In this document: positions 29,926 to 44,800 of the stretch, in pieces | How positions within the stretch are numbered: position 1 is the stretch's first letter | How the letters are laid out: each line of letters opens with the position of its first letter | NCBI RefSeq assembly: GCF_009914755.1 | Contig: NC_060942.1 | DNA length: 64,000 nucleotides | Reading direction: 5' to 3' (one strand) | From: the human T2T-CHM13v2.0 reference genome, Homo sapiens | Translations under genes and position numbers: made by a program | Notes under the pieces: generated by a model | The model's database searches: none | Seen by the model: the letters and a program-made list of their open reading frames with translations, nothing else | Told to the model about the DNA's origin: nothing

Positions 29926-30169
29926 TCCCTTCTGCCTCGGACCTTTGAAAATGCTTCTTCCTGTGCCAGGAAAGCCCTTCTTCCCAAGTGTGCTCTCCTT
30001 CTGAAGAATTAATCTTCAGAATTCTTAAGTAGCACTTACCCTCAGGCAAAGTCAGGTATTCTACAACCTCTTAACACTATGTATCTATACTTCCTGTTAC
30101 TTATTATAATTTTAGCTGTAGAGCTGTTAATGAGAGCGTTTGATTCTTGTGTGTCGTCTCCTCTAAAGC

Positions 30170-30434
30170 TGCATTATTCTATAGAGTAGCCGCCAGGCAC
30201 ACATGGGTGCTGAGCACTTGGAATGGGGCTAACATATCTGAGGAACTGAATGTTAAATTTTACTTATTTTTTATTAATTTAAATTTAAGAACTAATAACG
30301 TTTTTGGAAAATTTGTAAGCATGCTTGGAACTACTTGGCGATGTGAATCTACTTTGTCAACTGTAAAATTTATGAAATCTAGATACAGGCCAAATATTTC
30401 TGATGAAATTCAGTGTCTAAATAGAGATGGGCTG
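30170..30434. mobile_element. Charlie1-like hAT transposon, left part (continues 37496-38036)
   Basis: TAGCCGCCAGGCACACATG...TGTGAATCTACTTT; split by the ERV-L provirus. Confidence 0.6.
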
Positions 30435-31017
30435 TGTATTAGTCAGGGCTTTCCAAAGGGACAGAACTAATAGAATATATGTATATATGAAAGGGAGTTT
30501 ATTCAGAAGAATTGACTCACACGATTACAAGGCGAAGTCCCATGATAAGCTGACTGCAAGCTAGGGAAAGAGAGAGGCAAGTAGCATGTCTCAGTCCAAG
30601 TCTGAAAACCTCAAAACCAGGAAAGCTGACAGTGCAGCCTTCAGTCTGTGGCCCAAGGCCCGAGAACCCCCAAGAGGCAGCTGATGCAGGTCCCAGAGTC
30701 CAAAGGCTGAAGAACCTAGAGTCTGATGTCCAAGGGCAGGAGGAGGGGAAGCAACCATCTGGCATGAGAAGAGAGAGCTAAAAGACTCAGCCAGCAAACC
30801 TATCCCACCTTCTTCCACCTGCTCTATTCTGGCCATGCTGGCAGCCAATTGGATGGTGCCCACCCACATTGAGGGTGGATCTGCCTTTCCCAGTCCTCTG
30901 ACTCAAATGTCAGTCTCCTCTGGCAACACCACCACAGACGCACCCAAGAACAATTCTTCCCCAGCCATCTAGGCATCCCTCAATCCAGTCAAGCTGACAC
31001 CTATATTAACCATCACA
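30435..31017 (-). mobile_element. 3' LTR (MLT2B3/MLT2A2-like)
   Basis: TGTATTAGTCAGGG...TATTAACCATCACA; purine-rich GACAAAGGGTAGACT precedes it on the minus strand. Confidence 0.88.
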
Positions 31018-31444
31018 AGTCTACCCTTTGTCAACATGGCACCCATACATATGTCCTTGAATCATACTTATCTCCAATAAAGATCATAATAAGGTCACAA
31101 TTATGCCTAACATAATACAACTATCCTTTGTACAACCAAACTTGCACTAATCCTTAAGTACTATTACATAGAATTAACACTTAAATGCTGATATGAAGTC
31201 AATAAATCTTATGTTACATGATAAAGGAATAAGAAAGGAAATAAAACAAAGATACCTGCTTAATACAACTATATATATGCACAAATTTATTCTTATCAAA
31301 GTAAGAAGGAAATACTCATAATAATTACAGTCCTCTTTTCTGTAACTAGTCACATGATTGTAGCTGGTATTGAAAACTACCTTCTTCTACTACCCATTCT
31401 ATATTTCCTTTGCCTTCAGCAAGCACCTCAGCTGGTCATGGTTT

Positions 31445-34400
31445 TTAACCTGATGGAGTGACCCAAGCCTTCATTTCTGAAGGGTCTGGGCCATTTGTAG
31501 TCTTCCTAGGATTGGGTTGTTGTGGTTTCCCATTGGCTTTAATTATAGGGCAGGGTGATACTAAGAGACACCCTAAGGGATAACCTAAATTCCAGGCATT
31601 CTTCCTTATCTCCATTGTGAAGTGGTAGTCTGATTTCATCTTGACAGTCTGGGTCAATCACCCCAGCCAAATTGTAACTCTCTTCTTAACCTGTCGACTT
31701 AGAGGCATGAGGAGTAAAGTAGCCAGTGGCAGTCTTAACTTCCAGTTGGACAGAATTGTATTGTGTCTCCTGGTGGCAGCATTTCTCCCCTGGAACTAAG
31801 ACCTCTAGGCAGCAGAACATAATGTCCCAGGAACAGGAAGCAAAAATTTTGCTAGTGGGTGACTAGGGATGATGATGAGTGGTGCCATTTCTACTTTCAC
31901 CCCTTGGTTCCTGGACCCATGAATCCTGGCTATGGGAGAAACAGTACCATATACTGAACGCAGATTCAGAGCATATACAGCCTTCTGGAGAACTTTGTCC
32001 TGATCCCGCAAAGTATTGTCACCTAGTTGGCATTATAATTGCAACTTCAAAAGGCCATTCTACTGTTCTATCAAGCCAGCTGCTTCAGGATGATGGGGAA
32101 TATGGTAAAACCAGTGAATGCCATGAGTGTGAGCCCATTGCTGTACTTCGTTGGCTGTGAAGTGAGTTCCTTGGTCAGAAGCAATGCTGTGTGGAATACC
32201 ATGGCTGTGGATAAGGCATTCTATGAGTCCAGCCTTAGCAGAAGCATTGTGTGCAGGAAAGGCAAATCCATATCGGAAGTAAGAATCTATTCCAATAAGG
32301 AGAAACCACTGCCCTTTCCATGATGGGAGTGGTCCAGTATAATCAACCTGCCACCAGGTAGCTGGATGATCACCCTGAGGAATGGTGCCATATCGAGGGC
32401 TCAGTATTGGTCTCTGCTGGTGATGATTGGGCACTCAGCAGTGGCTGTAGCCAGGTCAGCCTTGGTGAGTGTAAGTTCATGTGCTGAGCATATGGCTGAG
32501 CCAATGTCCATCAGTGCCACCGTGACCACTTTGTTCATGAGCCTATTGGGCGATAACAGGGGTAGCTGGGGAAAGGGGCTGAGTGGTGTCCACAGACTGG
32601 GTCATCCTATCCACTTGATTATTAAAATCTTCCTGTGCTGAGGGCAACTTTTAATGAGCATTTATGTGTGACACAAATACCTTCAGTTTTTGATCACTCA
32701 GAAAGGTCCATTAACATACCTCTTCCCCACATTTGTCACCAGTTTTCCAATCATGATCCTTCCAAGTCCCTGACAATCCAGCCAAACCATTGGCTACAGC
32801 TCATTAATCATTATGTAAATGCACATTTGGCCATTTCTCCTTCCATGCAAAGTGCACAACCAGGTATATTGTTAGAAGTTCTGCCCACTGGGAAGATTTC
32901 CCTTCATCATTGTCCTTGGGGGATGTTCCAGAAAGGGGCTGTAGTGCTACAGCTGTCCACTTTCAGGTGGTATCACGCAGAACCATCTGCAAACCATCTT
33001 CTCTTCTCTTCCTCTGCCAACTGATCATAGGGAACTCCCCATGAAGCCATAGGTACAGCTTGGGAGAGAGAAGGCTGGGTAGCAGAAGTGAGGACCATGG
33101 CATTTGGGCCACTTCTTCGGGTAAGTTACTTGTGCCATCAGGACCTGCTTGAGACCACTGACATATATTCCACTTCCATTTGATGATGAAATACTGCTGT
33201 GTAGGCCCAACTTCACGGCTAAATGGGTCAGAAAGCACCCAGGTCATGATAGGCAGCTCAGATTGCCTGATAACTTGGTGACTCATAGTCAAATGTTCAG
33301 TTTCCACCAAGGCCCAGTAGCAGACCAAGAGCTATCTTTCGAAAGGAGATTAGTTACCTGCAGAAGATGGTAAGGCTGTGCTTCAAAATCCTAGAGGCCT
33401 CTGCTGTAATTCACCTAGGAGGGCCCGCTAGAGGCTCCAGACAGCATCTCTATCTGGAGCCAGTGACACCTCAAGTACCACTGGATCTGCTGGATCACAT
33501 GGCATAAGTGGCAGAGCAGCTTTCACAGCAGCCTGGACCTGTTGTGTAGTCTTATCCTGTCCTGGGTCCCACTCAAAACTAGCAGCCTTTCGGGCCACTC
33601 AATAAATGGGCTGAAGTAACATACCCAAATGAGGAGTGTGTTGCCTTGGAAATCCAAATAGGCTCACTAGGTGTTAGTCTGTTCTCCTGCGACTAATGAA
33701 GGCATACCCAAGACTGGGTAATTTATAAAGGAAAAAGGTTTAATTGACTCACAGTTCCACATGGCTGGGGAGGCCTCACGATCATGGTGGAAGGCAAGTG
33801 AGGAGCCAAGTCATGTCTTACATGGTGGCAGGCAAGAGAACATGTGCAGGGGAACTCCCATTTAGAAAATCCTCGGATCTCATGAGACTTATTCACTACC
33901 ACAAGAACAGTACGGGAGAAGCCACCTGCATGATTCAATTATCTCTGCCTGGCCCCGCCATTGACTCATGGGGATTATTACAATTCAAGGTGAGATTTGG
34001 GTGGGGACATGGGCAAACAATATCAGCCACTTTCTTGGTTGTAGGAAGGGCCAGATGCAACAGCTTATCCTTCACCTTAGATGGAATATCTCGACAGGTC
34101 CCACACCATTGGACCCCTAGAAATTTTGAGGTGGAAGGCCCCTGAATTTTAGTCAGGTTTATTTCCCATCCCCTGACATGCAAATGTCTCACAGTAAGTC
34201 CAGAGTACTTGCTTCTCGCTTACTGCGTCCAATCAGCATAATGTCCTCAATGTAATGGACCAGTGTGATATCTTGTGGAAGGGAAAAGCGATCAAGATTT
34301 TTGCAAACAAGATTATGACACAAAGCTGGAGAGTTGAATATCCCTGAGGTATATTGCTGGCCTTGCCAGATGAAGACAAATTGCTGCTGGGTGGGGCTTA

Positions 34401-35057
34401 TGGACTGGGATGGAGAAAAAGGCATTTGCCAGATCAATAGCTGCATACCAGGTAACAGGAGATGTTTTAATTTGCTCAAGCAATGAAACCACATCTAGTA
34501 GAACAGCTGAAACTGGAGTTATCACTTGGTTAAGCTAATGATAATCTACTGTCATTCTCCAAGATCTATGTCTTCTGCACAGGCCAAATAGGAGAGCTGA
34601 ATGGAGATGTGGTGGGAATCACCACCCCTGTATCTTTCAAGTCCTTGATGGTGGCACTAATCTCTGCAATTTCTCTAGGAATGCAATATTATTTTTTATT
34701 TACTATTTTCATAGATATAGGCAGTTCTAACAGCTTCCATTTGGCCTTTCCCACCATTGTAGCCCTCACCCCACAGGCCAGGAAACCAATGTGGGGACCT
34801 TGACAGCTGTTAAGTATGTCTATTCTGATTATGCATTCTGGCACTGGAGAAATGACCACAGCATGGGTCCAGGGACGCACTGGACCCACTGTAAGACAGA
34901 TCTGAGATAAAACTCCATTAATTACCTGACACCTATAAGCTCCTACTCTAACTGGAGGGCCACAATGGTATTTTGGGTCCCCTGGAATCAATGTCGGCTC
35001 AGAGGCAGTATCCAGTAGTTCCCAAAAGTTCTGATTAATTTCCTTTCCTCCATGCAC
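31445..35057 (-). pseudogene. ERV-L pro-pol-dUTPase pseudogene, frameshifted
   Basis: Protease LLDTASE; [14 protein letters not shown] and HYIEDI (YIDD decayed); integrase WQVDYTGPLP, SDQGTHF, AAGLIE; probable dUTPase-like sequence downstream of IN. Confidence 0.88.
33672..34025 (-). mobile_element. THE1 (B/C-like) solo LTR inserted into ERV-L RT
   Basis: GACTGGGTAATTTATAAAGGAAA...GAGATTTGGGTGGGGAC...ATATCA. Confidence 0.88.
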
Positions 35058-35099
35058 AGTTACCCTGCTAAAAGGCCAGACGAAGGTTGGGAGAATGAT

Positions 35100-36860
35100 T
35101 AACAGTATGAAATTTCAGTAGTGTAGTGGGGTCCTTCCTCAAGAGGACCCAGCCTCCCCTTCATTCAAGGGGTTTTGGATCTGTAAGCTGGCTCCAGTCT
35201 GGAAATTGATTGAAGGGCCATGATTCTCTGTTTTCATAATTCAAATTAGACTTTTGGTCACTTGACCTGGAAGTTTTCTGCTTATATAGATCAAGTAAGA
35301 AGGTGGTAAGCTTCCTGTTGATTTCCCTTCTAGGAACACCATGATTAATTAGCCAATCCTAGAGCTTTACAGGTGTCAGACTATTCTGATTGCTACTTTG
35401 CCTCTGCTGTCCACTACTAACTATGCCCACCTTGCCTTTGACGGATGAGTGCTGCTACTTGGCCTCTGTCATCTCAGGATCCAATTATTCCCATTGCATT
35501 TAAGTTTTCCAGTTGGGTGGCTGTGGTTCCCACTGTAAGATCTGGCATACAGAAAAGAACAATCACAGAGGTCTTCAAGGATGCTGGTGCTCTCTTCACA
35601 AATCTATTTTGCAAGATACTGGTGAAAGTTGTGTATTCTGGACCCTCCCACTTGGGATGAGTAGGTCCTCAGTGACAAATTCATTCTAGCATTCCAATCT
35701 CCCTAAGCCTTTGGATCCTTCCTCTATATTAAACCAAGGGAAATCAGGCATCGCCAGTTCACTCACAGTGGGCCATCTTTTGACCCATGTTTCAGCTAAC
35801 CAAGCAAATAAATAAACTATTACAACCTTTTTTAACTCCCCGAGCTGCAACATTAAATGCAGTCTCTGCTTAGAGGGCCCATAGCAATTTATTCAGCCTG
35901 ATCCAACTTTATGGCCCTTTCTCCACTATCCCACACCCTTAATATCCATTCCCATACCTGTTCCCCGAATTTCTGCTTATATAAATTAGAAAACTCAGTA
36001 GACCTTTTTCAGTGTAGCATGCCTTCTCATAGGTCACACCCTGAATCCTACCTCTAGGGTCCTGCTGGGTCTGGAGTCCAGTTAGAGTACAGAGGCAAAC
36101 AGGTGGGGGGAGAACCAGCATTGTCTTTCCTGGCATCTGCCTTAGGGGAGGCCATCACTGTTTCCCTGGGTAATGCAGGGTTAATCTCAAAGACGGAAAG
36201 GCTGGTACTGCAGTAGATGGGCAAGGGCATGTTTCTACCACTGGGGGTGGGGAGGCGATTCCCTCTTGCTAAAAAGGCTCATCAGAATTTATTATCTCAG
36301 TATTCCCAGCTTCATTAGGGCCCCTCGACGTGTCCCCATCTCAACTTTCAGGGTCCCACTCTTTTCCAATCAATGTCCTCCCTTTAACAGTAGACATCCA
36401 GTGAGGCTGAGCATGTACCTTTCGTTGCAGGTCAATCACTTGCATAGTAACAGCTTGTGTCTGATTTTCAGCAATTTCAGCCGTCTGTTTACAGAAGAGC
36501 AGACTCTCACCCAGGGCAGTCTTAGAAGATTTGAGCTCAGTGTGTGCTTCTGGAGCCTGGAGATAGAATCCCTGAGCTTATCCTTTTCTTTCATCATTTT
36601 GCCCAGTGAACTTAGGAGCAATCAACCAACTTCACTATATTCCTTGGTTCTCCACAAATGTTCAAAGGTATCACTTATAGAGTCACTAAACTCCTTGCCT
36701 CTCAGGAGCAGGGAATCAGGAATATCAAATGCATTTATTTTGTATAACTCTAAACAGCTTACACCAATAACTATCAGTGCTGTCTGTACTATTAGAAATG
36801 AGAGTCTTTAGCATTTTTGGGTTTAATTTGATTCGATAGCCAACTCCAGAAACCCCAAAC
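35100..36860 (-). pseudogene. ERV-L gag remnant
   Basis: Position between PBS and protease; fragments such as LLSSLGKMMKEKDKLRDSISRLQKH. Confidence 0.7.
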
Positions 36861-36898
36861 CAATGAAGGAAATTCATCCTTAAAATTCTATTCCTTTA

Positions 36899-36916
36899 GA
36901 ACCACACCTGGTGCCA
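36899..36916 (-). other. Primer-binding site (tRNA-Leu type)
   Basis: TGGCACCAGGTGTGGTTC just inside the 5' LTR. Confidence 0.7.
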
Positions 36917-36921
36917 AAATC

Positions 36922-37495
36922 TGTATTAGGGACAGAACCAATAGGACAGAGGTATATAATAAAAGGGAGTTTATCAGGGAGAACTGGCTCACAGGATTAC
37001 AATGTGAAGTCCAACAGTAGGTCATCTGCAAGCTGGGGAAAGAGAGGAGCTGGGAGAATGGCTCAATCCAAGTCTGAAAGCCTCAAAATTAGCAAAGCCA
37101 ACAGGGCAGCCTCCTGGCTGAGGCTGAAGGCCTGAGAGCCCCCAGAAGTTTGCTGGTGCAGGCAGGTCCCGAAGTCCAAAGCCTTAAGAACCTGGAGTCT
37201 GATGTCCAAGGGCAGGAGGAAAGGAAGCAAGCATCCTGCACAGGAAGAGAGAGTGTGGGAGAGGATTCAGGAAGCTGTTTCTTCCCCTTTTCTGCCCGTT
37301 TTGTTCTAGACGCGCTGGCAGCCGATTGGATGGTGCCCGCCTATACTGAGGATGGGTCTCCCTCTCCCAGTCCACGGATTCAAATGTCAGTCTCCTCTGA
37401 CAACACCCTCACAGACACACCCAGGAATAATACTTCCCCAGCCATCCAGGCATCCTTCAATCCAGTCAAGTCGACACCTAATAGTAACTGTCACA
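36922..37495 (-). mobile_element. 5' LTR (MLT2B3/MLT2A2-like)
   Basis: TGTATTAGGG...AACTGTCACA, homologous to 30435-31017. Confidence 0.88.
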
Positions 37496-37695
37496 GGCTG
37501 TTAAGTAAAAATATTAAATATACCCTGGATTTCAAAGACTCAGTACAAAACAGGATGTAATCTGTCTCATTAATAACTTTAAAATATAGATTACATGTTG
37601 ACACAATAATAATTTGGGTATATTGTATTAACTAAAATATATTGTTAGGATCAATTTCAGTTGTTTCTTTCTATCCTTTTAAAACATGGCTACTA

Positions 37696-38007
<312 letters not shown>

Positions 38008-39729
38008 TCACGTTGTTATTTCTCCGGGACAGTGCTTCTCCTGACTGCAGTATGTGGTTCAAGAGGGCAGTTTTCTCACCCTTGTATATTCCTGCTTACA
38101 CTGCCTGTTGCTTAATAAGCACTGCACAATTTTTAATACATGAATGAATGCCTGGATGTGTGTGTACTACAGAGCAGAGGAGTCTTAGGGAGCAACCTCA
38201 CCTTATCAATAGATTTCTAGCGTATGTCACCATGTATCCTAAGAGTCAAAATTTTAGGGGCAACAGTGGTAAACCCACGTTTAATGAGACAGCTTGTTTC
38301 TATCTCTTCACAGGTAAAATACCTATAGCCTGGTAGGTACAGTTGCCGTGGCTAAGCAATGGCAAACAAGACCATATCCTGTGATGAGGTGGGGTGTGTG
38401 CTGGGGGTGGTGGGGTAGGCTTTGCTGCACTTGACAGGAAGCAGGCTTCTAGGAGGTTTTGAGAGAAGGTCAAGGCCATCTATGTCAGAGAGTCTCAGGG
38501 CACTCATGTAAGAATATGCCAGGGTTGTGCCTGTCAGCAATATTCACTTTCCCACAATGTTTCTTCCCCCTGGTGACTCCTCCCTCCTTCTCCCTGAAAG
38601 ATAATCCTTATCATTTTACTCTGGTGTTACTCAGCCTAACCCCACAAGGTGTCTTACCCAAGACACTGCATCCAACCGGGGATGTTTATTTTGTGGATTT
38701 TAGGTCTCTACTTATCCGAATGGACTTTTCAAAGGGAGATCGGGCAGCTTGGTGAGAAAGGGATCATTTGGTTTTTGTTGGAAGCAAGTCAACTATGTTA
38801 ATAAGACCTCTGCATTGCAGGTCATCCATCTCCACCTTTTCAGCCCCAAGCACCTCTTCTCAACTTGCAAAATGGCATCTTCCCATATAGCTTGTCTCTT
38901 GTGCTCTTCGGAGCCCTTCTTTCTTTGAGAAGAAATATGTATAGACGCAGGCAGAACAGTGACTCCACGTCGTTAGGATTAGGGTCCCTTAAACATTCAC
39001 TCTTTCTGACTCTGTCAGCCTGTCTGACTAGTAAGGCTGTGAGGTCTGAGTCATCCAAAAGCTCCCAGGGGGACTTCCCTTGCTGGCCTCACCCTGCCAC
39101 TCTGCCCATCTTCCCTCCATTTTCACAGATCTCACACAAGCCCCATCCAGCAGCTTATTCTCATTCATTCCATCTTTATACTTCCTTTAGTGCAACGACC
39201 TACTTAAGTTAAAGGGAATTACAAACCCCCAAGGAAATTTGCTGACAGCTATTTCCTGGGTAGAATTAGGTTGGGCATGTGTCTGAGATAAGCTCTAAGA
39301 ATCATTTTGGCTGCAGATGGGAGTGGAAAGGGAGGGACAGAATGTTACCAAAAAAAAAAAAAAAAGTCTGACGACAAGTGTTCCTGGGGATGTGACTGGA
39401 AACTGATGGTGGCAGGGAGGGCTGGGTAAGAAATACACCCTCCAGGGCAGTTCTAAACTGGCATTTAGATTTTCTTAGATTTCAGTCTCTTCCCTCAGTT
39501 TTCTGCTTAGAAGCTCTACTCCCAAGGTCATAGGTCTAAACAATATCAGAGTCCGGATAGAGCAGATGAAGTCAAACCATTATTAGGAAAAAAATACATA
39601 CTTTTATTAGGCTGATGATGTTCTTACACAAGCATATCAGCACAGTTTTGAAAATAATTTAAGGATGAAAGATAACAGGTGGAAACAGCTTCAGACCAGG
39701 TGCTGGAACACATGAACTTTTTGGGGTTG

Positions 39730-39850
39730 GATTTTCCAGGAACTGGCTGTGTACCTTAAGCAAGTCATTTTCACCTCACTAAACCTCACTTTTCTCATCT
39801 GTAAAATGTGTGGTTTAGACTAGATGATGGCTAAGATGCTTTTCAGTTTT
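39730..39850 (+). mobile_element. MIR fragment
   Basis: CCTCACTTTTCTCATCTGTAAAATG core. Confidence 0.65.
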
Positions 39851-41290
39851 TAAGTTTCTTGAAACACATAAAATTATTTGCCTGTTGGCTATGGTAGCTA
39901 ACAATTGCTATTATTTTGGTAAAGTTGTTAACAAGTAGTAGATTGATTTATGTTTTTATTCTTTTCCTTTTTTGGTGGAGGTATTTTGTAGGATAGTCAA
40001 AAGGTGGGGCACAGAAAAAAGCTAAAGATCCAAATAAGCCTCAAACCAGACAATGGGCCTCTGAATCATGGAAGCTGATTGGCTATGGACCGTAGAGTCC
40101 CTTCGGCAATCTCTGGTATGAGTCACAGGCTTCACCACCCAAGGCATTCAATCCCATGAGGCAATCCTTTCCTTATCTATTTGTATAGTATGAGAGAGGG
40201 CCAACCACTGACAGGCCAGAAACTCCTGGCTGAGCCCTAAAATGCACTTTGCCTGCTGTCTTCATTGGTGGTAATGGTGTGACTGGAGTGGGCACTGAAT
40301 AATGTTTGAAGCTAAATTCCACAACAAAGGATCTGTTGTTTATTAGGAAAACCACTAAAACCAGTTACAGTAGAAAAAGTACTCATAGGTCAGTTTATAA
40401 GCTTAAATTTAACGTGTTAGAGAGTTTTAGAGCCAAAGACACAGGAATCCGTCTGACCTAATACACTTTAGAGATGAAAAGAAGATGAATTGTCCAAGGT
40501 TGTAACTTTATTAGTGCAAATTTAGGACTAGAAAACACAACTAGATTCTCAGGTCTGTGGCTTTCTAGTATGCTATATTGCTTATGTAAGAATCTGAGTA
40601 TGTTTTAAATACAATGATTTTTAAATTGACAATGCATACACTATGCAATTTAAATGACAGAAAGTTTACAGTGGAAAGTTAGTCTTCTATTCAATGTTTT
40701 CTCTAAAGTCTCTTCCCTCTTTGGCCAATCTGGAATTTATTTTAGTTTAAGATGTGAGGTAGGGATTCAACTTTATTTTCTTTCAGATGACTGTCCAGTT
40801 ATTTTACTAGCAGATAAGTTGTATTTCCCTTATTTGTCCTTCAATTTTGGAGTTTTTGTCTTGGTATTTTCTTCTTTCTCTCCTATATAAACTTGAGAAA
40901 TCAGCTTACACATTAAAAAATTCTGTTGGTTTTAACAAATGAGATTGCATCAAATGTATAGATGAATTTGGGGAGAATTGACAGTTTTATGAAGTCTGCT
41001 ATAGAGCTTCAGGACATACTTTCCTCTCTGATAAGAAGAAACATGGTACAAGATGCTGTCCTTTCTGCCTTTTGATGTAGTTCTGTGAACATGTCATTGT
41101 CATAACTTCAAACATTACACCCGACCTCCCTCCTTATACTAAAATAAACTTCAGCCACACTGGCCTCCTTGCTGTTTCTTCAACTTAACTGGCATGTTCT
41201 TTCTGCTCAGAAAAACTCTTCCCCCAGAAATCTGCCTGGCTCATTCCCTCATCTCCTTCAACTATCTGCTGAGTGCCACCTTCTCACTGA

Positions 41291-41645
<355 letters not shown>

Positions 41646-41899
41646 TAAAATGACTCTTGCCTCCCACTCTGAGCTCTCCTCATTTTCCTATCCATTCTAC
41701 TTTATTTTCCATATGACTTATTGTCTTCTTACAATTTACTTAATCATGACATGTGTTTATTGTGCGTGTCCAGCACTAAAATTTAAGCCTCAAGAGTACA
41801 GAGATATTTGTCTGTTTTATTCACTGCCATAGCCTGAGGGCCTAGAACTCTCCCTGGCATACAGTAAATGTTTAATAAATTTTTGTTTAATTGAATTTA

Positions 41900-42232
<333 letters not shown>

Positions 42233-42637
42233 TTATTTAGAATAAACACTGCAATTTTATCAAATATCATATCTCTTTTCAGCAGTCATGGAAATAATCA
42301 TATGACTTTTCTCTTTTCATTGCCAGACATGGTAAATTATATATTACATTTCCTAATAGAAAAATAGCCTTGCATTTCTGCAATAAACCCCATTTAGTCA
42401 TGGCGTATTATTCTTTTATGAGCTGCTTGATTTTGTTTGCTATTGTATTTATTATATTTAAGTTTTTGAATTGATACTGAAAGTGAGATTGGTGTAAAGT
42501 TTTGTCATGACATCTTTGTTTGGCTTTGTTATCACTGTTATGCTAGCTTTAAAATATAATTTAGAACATTCCCCCTGCCATACATTTGAAAAAATACTCT
42601 GGAATACTTCAAATAGCTTTGACTTTGTTTTTCTTTA

Positions 42638-42992
<355 letters not shown>

Positions 42993-43599
42993 TAATCTCC
43001 ATCACTCTTCCTAGTTTGTTGATACCTTCTGGGCCTCAAACCACCTTAGACTTCTCTGCTCCATCCAACATGGCTTCCACTCTCAGATCCTCCAAATAGA
43101 AACATCCCTTTGACAATGTTCAAAAACCTTAAGTGGTTCTAGGGAGTACAAACTTAAACTCAAGAGGGCAGAAGATGAAGATGTTTACTTTTGTGTTTAA
43201 AAGAAGGGATCTCTGGCAGTTGATCAAACCTTGTTCAGTCAGGGCAGTGAGGTTAACACTATTGATTTATCTATCCAGAGGGTTTTCTTAGCTTATTTAT
43301 TTTTATCATCATTCTTAAAACTTATTCTTTTATCTAACACATTGTGAGTACCTGCTGTGTGCTTATCTCCATTGTGATTCTACAGAATTAGAAGACATGC
43401 TTCCTGCCTGAAAGAGTTTTTAGTCTAGTTGGTGAGACAAGACAAATGGAAATAAAAAATAAACAATAAAGCAAGTCAATGTATAATATACCTCAATGGG
43501 TAGAATAGATAACTATTGCTATTGAGCGCAGGGGAGGGATGATTGCTGTGGAATATACCAGTTCTCATTTGCCCCAGATTTGCTCATCTGTGGTAAGCC

Positions 43600-44514
43600 T
43601 GTGATGATTAATTTTATGTGTCAATTTGACCAGGTTATGATACCCAGTTGTTTGGTCAAACGCTAGTCTAGATGTTGCTGTGAATGTATTTTAGAGATGT
43701 GATTAACATGTAATTCAGTAGGCTTTGTGTTGAGCAGATTACCTTCTATAATGTGGATGGGCCTCATTCAATCAGTTGCACGCTTTCAGAGAAAAGAACC
43801 TTCGAAGAGGAAGGCATTCTGTCTCCAGACTGTCTTCAGACTCAAGACTGTGATATCAAATCTTCCCTGGGGCTCTAGCCTGTTGGCCTGCCTTGCAGAT
43901 TTTTGACTTGCCAGCCTCCACAATCGCAAGAACCAATTCCTTAAGATAAATATCTCTCTCTAGATATATATATCTAAAAATATTCTCAGTCAGGCCGAGT
44001 CAGGTAGCTCATGGTGGCCTGTAATCCCAGGACTTCAGGAGGCTGAAGCGGGTGGATCACTTGAGGTCAGGAGTTTGAGACCAGCCTGATCAACATGGGA
44101 AAACCCTGTCTCTACTAAAAATACAAAAATTAGCTGAGCATGGTGGATCATGCCTGTAATCCCAGCTACTTAGGAGGCTGAGACAAGAGAATCACTTGAA
44201 CCTGGGAGATGAAGGTGGCAGTGACCCAAGATCATGCCACTGTACTCTAGCCTGAGTGACGGAGTGAGACTCTGTCTCAAAAAAAAAATCTAGGTCAGTG
44301 TTCTTCCAGAGAACAGACCCAAAAGCATATATATGAAACATGGGCTCAAGCAATCCTCATGCCTCAGCCTCTTGAGTAGCTAGAACTACAGGTGCATGCT
44401 ACTGTGTCTGCTAATTAAAAAAAAAGTTTTATTTTTTAGTGATAAGGTCTTGCTTTGTTGCCCAGGCTGGTCTTGAAATCCAGAGGTTCTCTCTGGAAAA
44501 TGCTGACTGATACA
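43600..44514 (+). mobile_element. MLT2D-like solo LTR with nested Alu (43993-44288) and Alu fragment (44340-44480)
   Basis: TGTGATGATTAATTTTATGTGTCAA...CTGACTGATACA. Confidence 0.75.
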
Positions 44515-44594
44515 AAGCCCAGTATATATTGATATTCTCACTGAGATGTAATATCATTCATTCATTCAAGAAAAAAATTCATTAGTTATCTATT

Positions 44595-44800
44595 AGTGTG
44601 GTGGATTAAAAGTTTAGGCTTTGAAACCAGCCTATCTAGGTTTATTTTCTAGTATAAGCTTCAGTTTTCTCATCTGTAAAATGAGGATAATGATATGTAT
44701 ATTTTATGGGTTTTTTGAAGCATAATTGAGTTAATAAAAACATGCTAAGTGCTTTGAACAACACTCAATACAGTTATCACTCAATACATGTGAGCTATCT
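44595..44800 (+). mobile_element. MIR
   Basis: CTTCAGTTTTCTCATCTGTAAAATGAGGATAAT core. Confidence 0.7.

Larger units (their letters stand above)
30435..37495 (-). mobile_element. Full-length decayed ERV-L provirus (HERV-L/ERVL-B4 type)
   Basis: Two MLT2 LTRs, perfect TSD GGCTG (30430-30434 and 37496-37500), PBS, PPT, gag-pro-RT-RH-IN-dUTPase remnants, no env. Confidence 0.93.

Noticed and set aside
32060-32434. 124-aa integrase-core ORF as a possible domesticated gene
   Set aside because: A short fragment between frameshifts and stops in a uniformly decayed pol; no sign of preserved coding.
36266-36811. 181-aa plus-strand ORF
   Set aside because: Antisense to decayed gag, non-AUG start, no recognisable motif.
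38044-38072. CTCF-like TGCAGT...AAGAGGGCAG
   Set aside because: Poor match at the 5' core positions and wrong spacing of the upstream motif.
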